Shown one piece after another: positions 23,401 to 35,558 of a stretch of DNA of 64,000 nucleotides. How positions within the stretch are numbered: the stretch's first letter is position 1; each line of letters starts with the position of its first letter. The notes beneath the pieces were generated by a model. It was given only the letters and a program-made list of their open reading frames with translations. It was not told the origin of the DNA and did not search any database. Source of the stretch: Zygnema circumcarinatum SAG 698-1b (taxonomy: Eukaryota; Plantae; Zygnematophyceae); the NCBI GenBank assembly GCA_037447605.1, contig CM074817.1:1-64000 (forward strand), in the 5' to 3' direction. The translations under genes and the position numbers were made by a program.

Positions 23401-26400
23401 CTAAGTGTGTTCTTTTCCTGGATCATGCAGTCCATTATGAAAGACTTCTTTTTAGGCGCTTTCCAGATGCATGTATTTGTTACTGAGAGCTTCAAAGCCT
23501 GAGCGATTTCTGATTCTTTTTGAGCGCAGTGATGTTTCCCATAACAGTTTCACCGGCAAGATACCTGCGAGCATCGGTAACTGCACAAAGCTTGCGAATC
23601 TGTATGTTCGTCTGATCCGGGAACATCCTTCAGAACTTGAATAGCCTCATAGTATAAGTGCCGCAGGTGTCCTCATTTCGACATGCAAGAGATTGAAGAC
23701 AGGGTTTTTAGGGTGGTCGTATGGTCTGAATTCTCATTTTTTCCTGTCTGTTTATTGTGAAGGGACTTATCCTATAACCAATTCGGCGGCCTCATACCTT
23801 CTACCATCGGGAGCATCCGAAGCCTTGTCCAATTGTGAGTAAATAGATCACAACATTTCATAATTTTCCAAAGGATGCTTCATCTTTTGCCTGTGAAAAT
23901 CCTGGAGTGAAGGTGAGACTTGTGTTATGTTGTAGAATGCCTCTTACAGAACAGGCTTCAACCATTACAGCTATTTCGTATCCTCCAAGGAAAAATGTGT
24001 ATTTCTCCACCTCTGGAACTTCGCAATTGTCACATTTCTGACACATCAACTGCAGGTCTGAACAGCACGTACGAGTTTCCTTCGTTTGACATGAGATGTA
24101 TAGAAGTGACTAAGAAAAGCGGGTATGGGATACAGGAACGTCAACAACAATCTTTTTACGGGTTCTGAAACCATAAATTTTCTTGGAGACTTCATACCGT
24201 CTGTTGACTTCAGTTACAACTTCATGGCAAAACCACTGACTCTCTACTTTCAAGGATATGATATCTGCCCGGTTGTGATTTCCAACTGTTTGGATGAGTC
24301 TTCAAGTGACACCTGTCTCTGGAGTGGACAAAAGGACGTATCTGAGTGCACAGCATTTTGCAACGCCCTTCAGTCCGGCGGTGCATGCGGCGGCTTCGGA
24401 CTCTGCTCAAACACTACGGGTCGCCCAACATGCGTCTGCGATTCAGGCTATGCCACAACATCCAGTAAATTTACTTGTGCCAAAGGTAAACTTCTTTCAG
24501 AATCAAACTTCTATGTTAGTTCCGCTCCACAGAATGCATTCGAGGACATGAGATCTTGTTCCTTGAAATGGAAATTATGGATCAAATGACGACCGTTCAT
24601 CTATCAGAGGTAACCTCATTGGCCTGCCGTTGAAGGCTATCCGGCACATGATGCCAATGGGAATCGCTCACGCGGGTACAATTAAGAATCCCGAACATAT
24701 TGGAAGCTCGTTGAATTGCCTTACATATGTGGGCGTCTTGCGGATGTTTGATCTTGCGATTGGTGTATGTGCAGGATCAAATCGACCTCCCCCTAGACCT
24801 CCTCGCAGTCTGCCTCCCCCCAGTCGGCCTCCTCCCTGTGGGCCTCCTCCCAGTGCTCGCCCTCCCATTCTTCTCCCTCCATCTTCTCCCAATCCTCCTC
24901 CCCCAGTTTCTCTGTCTCCTCCATCACCACCCCTCCCTCCCGTTCGTCCACCACCTCCAGGTACAAGAAGCCCTGAATTGTTTTGAAGTAGCCTAGGAGT
25001 GAAAGACCAACATGTACATATGCGTGCAACAGTGAAGGGGAAAAAGGGAACAGGACATAGTACTCAAGGTAATGGGGATTTGAACCCATGATACTATAGT
25101 GTAAAGTATGCGTCAGACTCAAATTTGAAGTTGAAATCGATTGGACTGTTAGCTAACCATAGGATCCAATTCAAATCAGCAACTAAGACCGACCAGTCAT
25201 TCAACTGAATATGATTGCGAGAAGGTTCTCTCTCTCTCTTCCTCCATCGCCGTATCTCTCTCTCGCTGTTCCCCTCCCTCAAGCTCGTCTTCGTTTTTCA
25301 TGCAGCAAGTGCCGCAGCGAGCGCCCTCCTGCAGTTCAAGAGCGGCATCACTTCGGACCCCTCCGGCGCACTGGACTCGTGGATGGCCATAATGCCCAAC
25401 TTCTGCCAATGGCGCGGAGTTGACTGCGACGGACGGCGCAATGTGGTGGCCATGTACGGCGTCGGTGTCCCCTTCATCCTTGAACGGGTCATGTCATAAC
25501 CATGACATCTTGCAACATTTCACTACTCCAAGTCTCCTTCAACTAAAGATTTTGCTGCACTACTGGGAGTGGGCAGAAACTTGAAGCAAACTTCGCTTCT
25601 AGGCGTCATCTCTTCGTCAATCACCAGCATCACAACTCTTCAGCGATTGTGAGTGTTCGACATTATATAGTTGCTTTTGTTTAGTTGTAGCAAATTCGCC
25701 TCCAGCAGGGTTTAATCTGAAGACCTTTCAGTACCCACACGGCCCAGCCGTGTGCTTTAACCCTTAAAAGGCAACCGCACATGTACTAGGCCATAAACTC
25801 CTTATATACCGTTCCGTTACAGTTCAGTTGTCTTTCATGCAGCCTAGACCATCAAAATATATGACAAGACAGTCGAGGGAGCTGTGATGAAGCCGCAAAA
25901 CAAGACAAGACAAGAGTCATCCCAAGATTGACCATAAATACAATATGATGAAATATGTGGATTCAATAATCTTCTATAAATAGTCGAGAACCATTTGTAG
26001 CTATTTATGGTGATTTGAATCTGGGTTTTTGCCATTTTGTTTGCAGGGATTTATCAGACAACTTCTTGAGCTCTGTTATCCCCCCAGACATAGATCGACT
26101 CGTGAACCTGAGAAGCCTGTAAGGCTTTCCAAATGTTTTCTCTTGTTTTGTAATAGTCTTTTCGATACTTTGTATACTTGCTAAGGTGTGAAACTGAAAT
26201 CAAATTGCTTCATAGCATTTTCAGAAATAAAACGATGCATTGGCTCTGTCAAGAATCCTGCCATCTTACATATCAGAGCCTCGCTGCTTCTCCAGGGACC
26301 TGTCCGGTAATGATCTGTTTGGGGAGATCCCAATGTCAATCGGAAATCTTACCAACTTGACCAATCTGTAAGTATCAAACATCAGCTAGGAACATGCAGC

Positions 26401-27417
26401 CTCAGCTTTACAGTTTATCTGAGTCTTTTTCCTTTTGCTGGCTTCCTGTGAAGTATATCGTCCTCCAGACTTACTGGCCTTCATATCAAAACTCTTAACC
26501 CTAAACCCTAAACACTCCTCTCTAAACCCTCAACTCTTAACCGTAGACCCTAAACTTTAAACCCTAGAGTAGGCGAAAGAGTAACCAACTGGTCTATTGG
26601 TGCATGTGGGCCCCACAGCCGGCTCTGCCGCAACCAGCTGAGCGGCAACATTCCGGCTGCAATCGGAAACCTCGTCAGCCTGGAGTACATGTCGGCATAT
26701 AACCCCTTCACTCTTTTGGGATTTTAGGGCTGAATGGGTTTTTTGTGCCTGAATCTTGAAGGTTGTGCATGGAATGCAATTCTGCTCTGAGAAAATGCGC
26801 CGTATGGCATGGGACTATGGGCAGGGACCTCTCCTATAATCGTCTCAACGGAGCCATTCCTACGTCAATGGGTTCTCTCACGAATTCCCTGCGCATGTGA
26901 GTCCCTTATTTGTGTTTGCAGGTCTGAAATGTTGCTGTACCCAATTGAATGTTGGAGCGTGTGATTGGATAGTGCTTGTTTATAGCATTGCCAGCATTGG
27001 CAGAGCACAAGAGTGTTAAAAAATGAAGCTTTATCGAGAGCTGAGCCCACAAAATTTTGCTGTGCAGTTTTCTCCGCAGCAACTTATTGACCGGCCGACT
27101 GCAGATCCCCTTCAAAGCCTTCGCAGACGTCTACATCGACGTTCGAGGAAATTACCTTTCGGATACTCCAAAAGTCGGTTTCAACAACGTTGACTTCTGC
27201 AGAGTGGCTGTAGCCGGCAACTGCTTCACACTTCCGGCAGCCTCCGCCGCGTGCTACAGCGGAGCGCAGCGGCCCGCCCAGGAGTGCGCCAACTTCTGCG
27301 GCGCAAATCAGCCGACCGGAGTCTGCAACGGCAACGGATTCTGCTCGTTCCAAAATGTCCCTGCATGCACCTGCAACGCTGGCTTTAGCAATGGGGGAAA
27401 CTCGACTACATGTGTTT
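17474..27417 (+). CDS. LRR gene A: signal peptide - LRR x9 - Cys-rich EGF-like - Pro-rich - LRRNT - LRR x5 - LRR/EGF-like (possibly partly pseudogenised)
   Basis: Exon 1 17474-17573 (MPRGAMLLVLVALCCALYG). 72-nt phase-2 LRR exons start at 20142, 20638, 21275, 21666, 22304, 22738, 23164, 23530 and 23763. EGF-like exon 24136-24485; Pro-rich 24775-24960; LRRNT 25306-25453. Further LRR exons at 25577, 26047, 26296, 26619 and 26825; last exon 27068-27417. All are AG/GT bounded. No intact LRRNT exon was found for the first module. Confidence 0.8.
18366..20100 (+). mobile_element. Ty1/copia LTR retrotransposon 'copia-3', collapsed by two N gaps, in an intron of LRR gene A
   Basis: TGTTAGTG...CACCAACA termini; TSD CCATG (18361-18365 and 20101-20105). 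Integrase fragment 18577-19346 (SDNGGEF, NGAAERVNRTL, in-frame TAG at 18921). Empty site at ~43233-43248. Confidence 0.88.
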
Positions 27418-28539
27418 GTGAGTATTTGCTGCCTCTCCCCGGGCGATGAAGATGAAAATGAAGAATAAACGAAGAGAAAAGAGAGGGGCAGGGGGTGGGG
27501 GGGGGAAGAGGTTACCTGGATGTTACAGGAAGGTAAAAGAAGTGACAGAGGTGGGAAGAGGCGTAGGGAAGAGGTAGAGGAAGGAGACGGGTTAAGGAGG
27601 GAGAAAACATGTCATGTGAGGGATGAGTTTTGTTTTTTTAGTCACAAGCTGTGTCAGATAATTGCGTGGAGATATGTCGGGGGCTCATATTGGTGGCATG
27701 ACCTGTGAATGCAGAGGTTGGATGGCGGGCCAATCACAATGCACATCTTCAAGAAGAGAGTGGGACCTTTCTTCAGTACTGATTGCGAAGAATTTGAGCT
27801 ATCGTCTAAGTTATGAGTTGGAGACTCGAGGCACGCGTGCGGCAGAACGCACATGGCGCAGCACTCTGCTTAAACCCTAAAAGGCTCTACATGCATTCAG
27901 TTACAGTTTTTGTGTGCTTTTGATGAGAGGGCCAAAAGGCATCCGAGAAAGACAGACTCGCCGTCCGCCCTGCGGTCGAAGGACCCTCAAAACGTCGTTT
28001 TTTTTTGGTTTGGATATTAGGTTTGGTGTGTTGACTGGTCAGCCGAACTCAGCTCCTTTTGAGAAAATTTGGGTTCTGCAGTTTCTGTTGTTCGTGCGCT
28101 TGGAAAGTGATGTTTTTTGTGGATATATGAAAGTGGAGAATGCGCGAGTTGAGGACAAGTTTTTAGTTTATCTTGAAATTGTGCAATGTGCTTGATAATT
28201 TTTGGTTGGTGCGGTCCATATTTGTGCTCATTTGTTTTTCGTGTTCCCTTTCTGAAGTTGCAAACCCAAACCACACTCAGCACTTCAACAGGAGTTGGCG
28301 CCGTCTGCGTGTCCGGCGACAAACAGAGCTGTCCAATGAGAACACGCCAGGCGGCAGCTGTTGTCGCCTTTAGCACTGTTGAGGCCCATGTGGGCGCCGC
28401 GCAACCTTGCTTTTAGGGTTGCAGGTTTTTAAAGGCTTCTAGGGGTTTAGGGTTCGAGGGTTTTACGGACCCTAAATCCTGACAGAGATTTTGTTTATGT
28501 CCTCGAAATTACGAAAGCGCTGAGTAAAGCCTGACATTG

Positions 28540-29000
28540 GACTATGCATAGTATGCCTCCTCTGCTCTAAGAAAATCCACGTTATGGCATGGCAAGGACC
28601 TCTCCTCTAATCGTCTCAGCGGAGCCATTCCTACTTCAATCGGTTCCCTCACAAATTCCGCACGCATGTGAGGCTTTCGGCTTCATCCTCACTACTCAAC
28701 ATCTTGCCTTCCATGAAAGGATGATCTAATGTGTGAGCTGGACATGGTATTGTGAGAGCACGACCATTGGGAGCACTGGCGGAACTTTCGGGAAAACATC
28801 TCCAAATCTGCGTCAAGTTGATGCTCAATCAGCTGCCGAACATGTGCTGTGCAGACTCCTCCGCAACAACTTATTGACAGGCCAACTGCAGATCCGCTTC
28901 AAAGCCTTTGCAGATGTCTACATCGACGTAACCGGAAATTACCTTTCGGAGACTCCGAAGGTCGGTTTCAACAACGATGACTTCTGCAAACATGTCATGT
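28540..29000 (+). pseudogene. Degenerate partial duplicate of the last two exons of LRR gene A
   Basis: DLSSNRLSGAIPTSIGSLTNSARM exon with a damaged acceptor, then LLRNNLLTGQLQIRFKAFADVYID...DFC truncated by a deletion that joins sequence homologous to ~27607. Confidence 0.72.
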
Positions 29001-29330
29001 GAGGTATAATTTTTCTTTTGTCGATTCACAAGATGTGTCAGATAATTGCGAGGAGATATGATGGGGGCTCATATTGGAGGCATGACCTGTGAATGCAGAG
29101 GATGGATTCGGCCATCGCGGGCCAATCACAATGCACATCTTCAAGAGGAAAGTGGGATCTTTCGTCAGTACTGATCGCGAAGGATTTGAGCGATCGTCTA
29201 GTTATGAGTTGAAGATGCGAGGCACACGTGCGGCAGAATGCACGTGACGCTGCCCTGTACAGAAACCCTAAAAGGCTTTCCATGCTTTCAGTTACAGTTT
29301 TTGTGTGCGTTTGATGAGTGGTCCAAAAAG

Positions 29331-29790
29331 GCATCCGAGCGCCTTGCGGTCGAAGGAAGGACCCACGAAACTTCGTCTTTTTTTCCGTTGACCGGTCAAC
29401 CGAACACACCTGCTTTGGAGAAAATTTGGCTTTCAAAAGTTTGTGTTGTCTGTGCGCTTGGAAAAGTGGATTTGTTTGGGAGTGGAAGCAGGACCGTGGA
29501 GAATGCAGGGCAGGGCAGCTTCTTTGTTTGTCTTGAAAATGCGCCATGTGCATGCGTCATGTGCATGTGCCATGTGCTTGACAATTCTGGGTTGGTCCGG
29601 TCCATATTTGTGCTCATCTAGTTTTGATTTTTGTCCGAAGTTGCGAACCCAACCCCCACTCAGCTCAACAATGGTTGGAGCCGTCTGCGTGGCCAGCGAC
29701 TAGCGGAGCTGTCCAATGAGGACACGCCACTTGGCTGCTGTGTGCCGCCTGTTGCGCTGCTGATGCCACGTGGACACCTCACAGCCTTGC
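29331..29790. repeat. Dispersed ~0.5-kb repeat 'R'; other copies at 7655-8321+16163-16290, 27940-28415, 41451-41645 (partial) and 50011-50490
   Basis: Shared core GCATCCGAGCGCCTTGCGGTCGAAGGAAGGACCCACGAAACTTC...GGAGAAAATTT...GTCCAATGAG...CAGCCTTGCTTTTA, all in direct orientation. Confidence 0.8.
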
Positions 29791-30755
29791 TTTTAGGTTT
29801 GCAGCATCCCACAGGTCAGACCATTGGATCAACCATTGGAATGGTTGCGAACCATTGTTTCACATCCTAGCCAACCATTACCAATGGTCCGAACCAACCA
29901 TTGGATGCCAATGGTTGCGACCATTGGTATTGGCAATGTCGGCGCCAACTGGTTCCGAACCATTCGTATTTCGGTCGCCACGTGGCTTCCGCTAATTGGC
30001 TGCGCCCTCGAGCGGTGGTCACGTCACGGAGGGCCGTTGCCTGCCGGAACAGCGCCGTCAGCGTGGCACCGAACTGGATCCTCACTAGCCACGTGGCGAC
30101 GAGCGATTGGTAGACGCCATCGTGGCAGCCACGTGGTTGTCGCCACGTCGGCAAACTGCGCCCTGGTGGGAACCCTGAAGAGCGTCGCACAAGACGCTAA
30201 ACTGCGCCACGGAACGGCCTCCTAAACCCTTTCTCCGTACCAAGATGCGGTTGTACCACCAAAGCGATCAAAGGCAGTTCATTGAAATCTGGGAAACATC
30301 CATCCGTACCTGTACTGCTTCCACAGCTCAAAGTAAAAAAAAACGTATCCACGCTCTAAGGTAGCACTAGTTGTAAGGATGTAGTTGACCAAATTACATT
30401 AACATCTGATGATTTCCTTCCGCTTCCTCACATACATACTTTACACCTCTGCCTCCTCAGACTGCTCCGGTCAGCTCCATTCCCACTCCCTTTCCTTTGT
30501 CCTCGCCTTCTTCAGTTTCCGTAGTTTCTAGGTCTGTTTCCGTTTGAAGTTATTTCCCGATCGGACATTCGTAGAAGCAGAAACAAAAAAAAAAAAAGAG
30601 CACAAAAATTCATTTTTTTTTTAACCTCTACGTCCCAAAAGCCACTTTCTATGCAAGCACTTCATGTACACATTCTACAATCCAAGGGTCAGTTTGTATG
30701 TTCTTCCGTATCCCACGTTCCACGTGTTCACCTTTGCCTGCAACCACATAGATTT

Positions 30756-30866
30756 AGTCAGTCAGTCAGTCAGTCAGTCAGTCAGTCAGTCAGTCAGTCA
30801 GTCAGTCAGTCAGTCGGTCAGTCAGACAGACAGACAGACAGTCTGACAGTCTGACAGTCAGTCAGT
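30756..30866. repeat. (AGTC)n microsatellite; a shorter homolog is at ~51433-51480
   Basis: Direct reading. Confidence 0.95.
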
Positions 30867-31284
30867 CTGCCCAAACGGATACATGGACCTCATAATGCAT
30901 CCGTGAATGAGGGGAACAGCCTAGAAAAATTTACAAACAGAAAGGAAGTAGAGTGACGAAAGCTAGTTTCCATTGTTTGTGGGGAAAAAAGACACGAGTC
31001 AAATTTGAGAGGAAAGTAGCATGTGATGTGTTCANNNNNNNNNNGAGGAGGTTGTTGGCCCGGTCGCCTCCAATAATCTGTTGAGCTCGAAGAACGAAAG
31101 CCTTCTTCTGGTAATGCATTTGAGGGCCTGTCGGACTGCAGACATGTTTGAAAATAAAGCGAGAAACGGAAATTGAGAGCAAGACAAAGAAATTGGTTAA
31201 CCGGAGTTCCGATGGAAGTACAAGTTTACGATTATGCAGTCAGCCATGGGAAGAGAGTGCGAGAGTGAGTGGGGGAGAGAGAGA

Positions 31285-34200
31285 GGGAGAGAGGGAGAGA
31301 GGGGCACATAGGTTAACGAAGAGACGTCGAGGGATGAGGGAAGAGAGAGAGAGGGAGGGAAAGAGTGAGATAGAGAGGACGGAATAAACATGAGGATGTG
31401 ATCGCCATGCGAGCTGATGACGGTAAAATGACAGACCATTAGCCCCTCATATCACTTTCCAGCAATTCAACGAAACCCTAAATCGGACATGATCACCTCG
31501 ACAGGAAAAGACAAAAAAAATCTGAAAACAACCTCACAATGAGACGTTACATACTGAGAATATTCTACGGAAAATGTGAAGCTGAAGCTTATCAACTTCA
31601 CATGTTACCGTCACGGTTGAAGTTTCATGAATATTCATGCTGTGCAGTTCAACGGCGCAGTTCTTAACTGAGCAGAACTGTCAATATATGCTTCTGTGCA
31701 GTTTATTGGTACATATCTGAAGTTGGTCTGCATGTCGCTGAGCAGTTCAGACGCAGTACCGTGGCAACAGGACAGTGGTGTTTCACATAGAAATGATGTA
31801 CGGCAAAGTACCAAATGTGTCAGCCAAAGTTTAACCAGTGGAACAGAGAGTTGACTAACCAGAGAGGGGCGAGAGATGGTTAGTTGGGTTTGCTCCACAC
31901 TCTCCCTCCTCTCTCCCTCTCCCCATCACTCTCTCCTTTCTCACCCTCCCTCCTCTCTCTCTCTCTCTCTCTTCACTCCCTCTCTCCCACTCTCTCCCTC
32001 TTGCTCCCAGTCCCTCCTCCCCTCCCTCCCTCCCACTCCCTCTCTCCCTCGCCTCTCACCTCCTCTCCCCTGTCTACTGCTCTCTCTCTCTCTTCTTCAT
32101 TAATTGGATGCGTCCTCTAACTGTAGTTACTGGTTCACTCGACCTAGCTTTGTCATTTCCATGACCAAGCAATTGAGGTGCAAGCGGTTGCTTTCGTTGA
32201 AAGCATGACCACTTACGCACCTTAAGGGTCAAAGGCCAGCGATGACGCCTTCAAGTCAAGTTGTTCAACACGCAACAATGCCCAAGNNNNNNNNNNCAAA
32301 ACCAAACCTTGAGCCGTTCTCTCCCAAACAACTTCGCCTCTTTCTCCATTCGCGTGCTGCTCGGCCATTGGCTGAGACGCGAAACAATGGTTGGCAGCCA
32401 ACCAACCAACGGTTGATTCTAGCAATGGCTCGCCGCGCGCAACATGGTCCCCTTTGTTGCTCCATAAAGCGCCCAGCGCCGTACAATTACAGTTTCATAC
32501 GGATGGCGCAGAGCGCGCCACGTGGTGGTCTCGATACGGACCACGCCTCCCCCAGATTCGAATCTGTACAAACGGTGACACTTAGTTTGTACGGACTGGC
32601 CTTTTTGCAGGGGCCGCGCGCTCGGGGTCGGTAGAGCCAATGGGGGGATGCCACGTGATAGAGAAAGAGAGGAGCCACGTCGGAGGGAGATGTACGGAGA
32701 TGGGAGAGAGGGAGAGAGGGGCACATAGGTTAACGAAGAGACGTCGAGGGATGAGGGAAGAGAGAGAGAGGGAGGGAAAGAGTGAGATAGAGAGGACGGA
32801 ATAAACATGAGGATGTGATCGCCATGCGAGCTGATGACGGTAAAATGACAGACCATTAGCCCCTCATATCACTTTCCAGCAATTCAACGAAACCCTAAAT
32901 CGGACATGATCACCTCGACAGGAAAAGACATAAAAAATATGAGAACACCCTCACAATGAGACGTTACATACTGAGAGTATTCTACGGAAAATGTGAAGCT
33001 GAAGCTTATCAACTTCACATGCAAATGACGAAAAAATTCTCTGTAATCGTAAAACGCAGAGAGGGAGGTGCTGCTTACCAAAGCCGCCTCTCCTGCGGGG
33101 ACTCCTCCTTCCATTCTGGGCCTTTTAAACCCTTGCCCTGAAGCTTGTGACCCTGTGACCTAAAAACCAGTTCAGAACTGCGCCCACCCGCTCCTTCTTG
33201 CACACTCGAACATCTGTTTGACCGCTCAAGGGAAGAAAAAGAACTCCAGAGGGACATGCATGGATCGGGGCGTTTTGGTGTGGGGGGGGGGGAGGGAGGG
33301 GGAGGGGCATCCGTACATTTACGTAAGGAAACCCTAACAAAGCGTTTCTATGCAGGTAAGTCGACCCAGTTACCGTCACCGTTGAAGTTTCATGAATATT
33401 CATGCTGTGCAGTTCAACGGCGCAGTTCTGAACTGAGCAGAACTGTAAATATATGCTTCTGTGCAGTTTATTGGTACATATCTGAAGTTGGTCTGCATGT
33501 CGCTGAGCATTTCACACGCAGTTCCGTGGCAACAGGACAGTGGTGTTTCACATAGAAATAATGTACGGCATAGTACCAAATGTGTCAGCCAAAGTTTGAC
33601 AGGGGAACAGAGAGTTGACTAACCAGAGAGGGGCGAGAGATGGTTAGTTGGGTTTGCTCCACACTCTCCCTCCTCTCTCCCTCTCCCCATCACTCTCTCC
33701 TTTCTCACCCTCCCTCCTCTCTCTCTCTCTCTCTTCACTCCCTCTCTCCCACTCTCTCCCTCTTGCTCCCAGTCCCTCCTCCCCTCCCTCCCTCCCACTC
33801 CCTCTCTCCCTCGCCTCTCACCTCCTCTCCCCTGTCTACTGCTCTCTCTCTCTCTTCTTCATTAATTGGATGCGTCCTCTAACTGTAGTTACTGGTTCAC
33901 TCGACCTAGCTTTTTCATTTCCATGACCAAGCAATTGAGGTGCAAGCGGTTGCTTTCGTTGAAAGCATGACCACTTACGCACCTAAAGGGTCAAAGGCCA
34001 GCGATGACGCCTTCAAGTCAAGTTGTTCAACACGCAACAATGCCCAAGAGAAGCAAAGCCAACTGTTTGATCCCAAACCATTGGCACGCCACAAACGAAC
34101 TACAGCAAAACCAAACCTTGAGCCGTTCTCTCCCAAACAACTTCGCCTCTTTCTCCATTCGCGTGCTGCTCGGCCATTGGCTGAGACGCGAAACAATGGT

Positions 34201-34512
34201 TGGCAGCCAACCAACCAACGGTTGATTCTAGCAATGGCTCGCCGCGCGCAACATGGTCCCCTCTGTTGCTCCATAAAGCGCCCAGCACCGTACAATTTCA
34301 GTTTCATACGGATGGCGCAGAGCGCGCCACGTGGTGGTCTCGATACGGACCACGCCTCCCCCAGATTCGAATCTGTACCAACGGTGACACTTAGTTTGTA
34401 CGGACTGGCCTTTTTGCAGGGGCCGCGCGCTCGGGGTCGGTAGAGCCAATGGGGGGATGCCACGTGATAGAGAAAGAGAGGAGCCACGTCGGAGGGAGAT
34501 GTACGGAGATGG
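31285..34512. repeat. Local tandem duplication: 31285-32702 (internal deletion and N gap) and 32703-34512
   Basis: Near-identical sequence and duplicated ORFs (31876/33640; 32242/33940). Single copy in unit 2 (~53460-55325). Confidence 0.8.
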
Positions 34513-34832
34513 GAGAGAGGGGAGAGAGGGGAGAGGGGAGAGGGGAGAAGGGAGAGGGGCGAGGGGAGAGGAGGGAAGGGAGGGAGGTGGGGAGGGGGGG
34601 GAGGACGGGGGAGGGAGGAGGGGAGAGTGGGGGAGGGGGGAGAGGGATAGGGAGGAAACTTTTAGCGGAAGTCGGGTGGTGAAAGAGAAGAGAAAGAGAG
34701 AGAGGGAGGTTCGCTGGTGGGGAGAGGATTATAGAAATGTGGAGGGACACAAAGGGTGAGTGAGAGAGAGACAGCGACAGAGAGCGGGAGTGATTGTCTG
34801 AGAGACAGAGGGGGAGAGACAGAGAGGGATAA

Positions 34833-34895
<63 letters not shown>

Positions 34896-34926
34896 AAGAG
34901 AGAAGGAGAGGTGTAGTGATACTCAC

Positions 34927-35558
34927 AGGGCAGCATAGGAAGAGCAGCAGGAGGGCGTAGACCACCCCCGCCTGCCGGCAGCGGCCCTCCTGCTGGTCCA
35001 CTCCCTCCGCTATCCGCCCCGCGGTGACGCACGGACAGATTAGGGTTTGGAGGCAGAGCTTGGGCGCGCCCAGACAGGCGCAGAGGCCGTACCGCCACTC
35101 TGCCTGCAAGGGCGTGCAACATACGCAGGAAAAAAACCACATATTTTTTAAGGGAATTAAAGATAGAAATGAAAGAATTGGCGTATATATGAAGGCGAGG
35201 AGGAGTTTTGGTTCAGAAAAGAAGGGGTCGTTTGTGGGGATGAGGAAAAGGAAAGGGGATTGAAAGGTTTTGGTCGTACATTAATATTTTTTCTTTAATG
35301 GGTTATCTCCATCTTTCCTTTTCCATTAAGAATTAAAAATTAAAGGGTAAAACTACGTCTTTTTTTATTTAAGTCTAAGAGCCTCACCTGCTCTGCGCGG
35401 AAGGGAGGAGCCTGCAAGTGCAAAAACCTCGGAGATGGATCTATGGACGGCGGCAGTTCCGTTTCTGTGTACGCGTAAGCGTAGGAATTCACGGGATTCA
35501 TGCGACCGTCGTCTTCCACGGTGCGTTCCATGTCCGCCGTTCCGTCTTTTGGCGCCAT
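34927..35558 (-). CDS. PLAC8/PCR (Cys-rich membrane) family gene, exons 1-2 only; 3' exons not found
   Basis: Exon 1 35558-35388 (MAPKDG...RAEQ|GT). Exon 2 35103-34927 AEWRYGLCACLGAPKLCLQTLICPCVTAGRIAEGVD...CCP|GTGAG. Both are phase 0. Confidence 0.8.

Noticed and set aside
25215-25305. Independent start and signal peptide for LRR module 2
   Set aside because: The in-frame start is TTG, the nearby ATG is out of frame, and the sequence is a CT-rich acceptor tract conserved in both paralogs.
34391-35140. Long Ser/Leu/Pro or Glu/Arg/Gly ORFs over GA/CT tracts (also 39439-39910, 43598-43945, 55225-55938, 56236-56706, 59008-59691, 60383-61012, 63495-63888)
   Set aside because: Low-complexity microsatellite translations.
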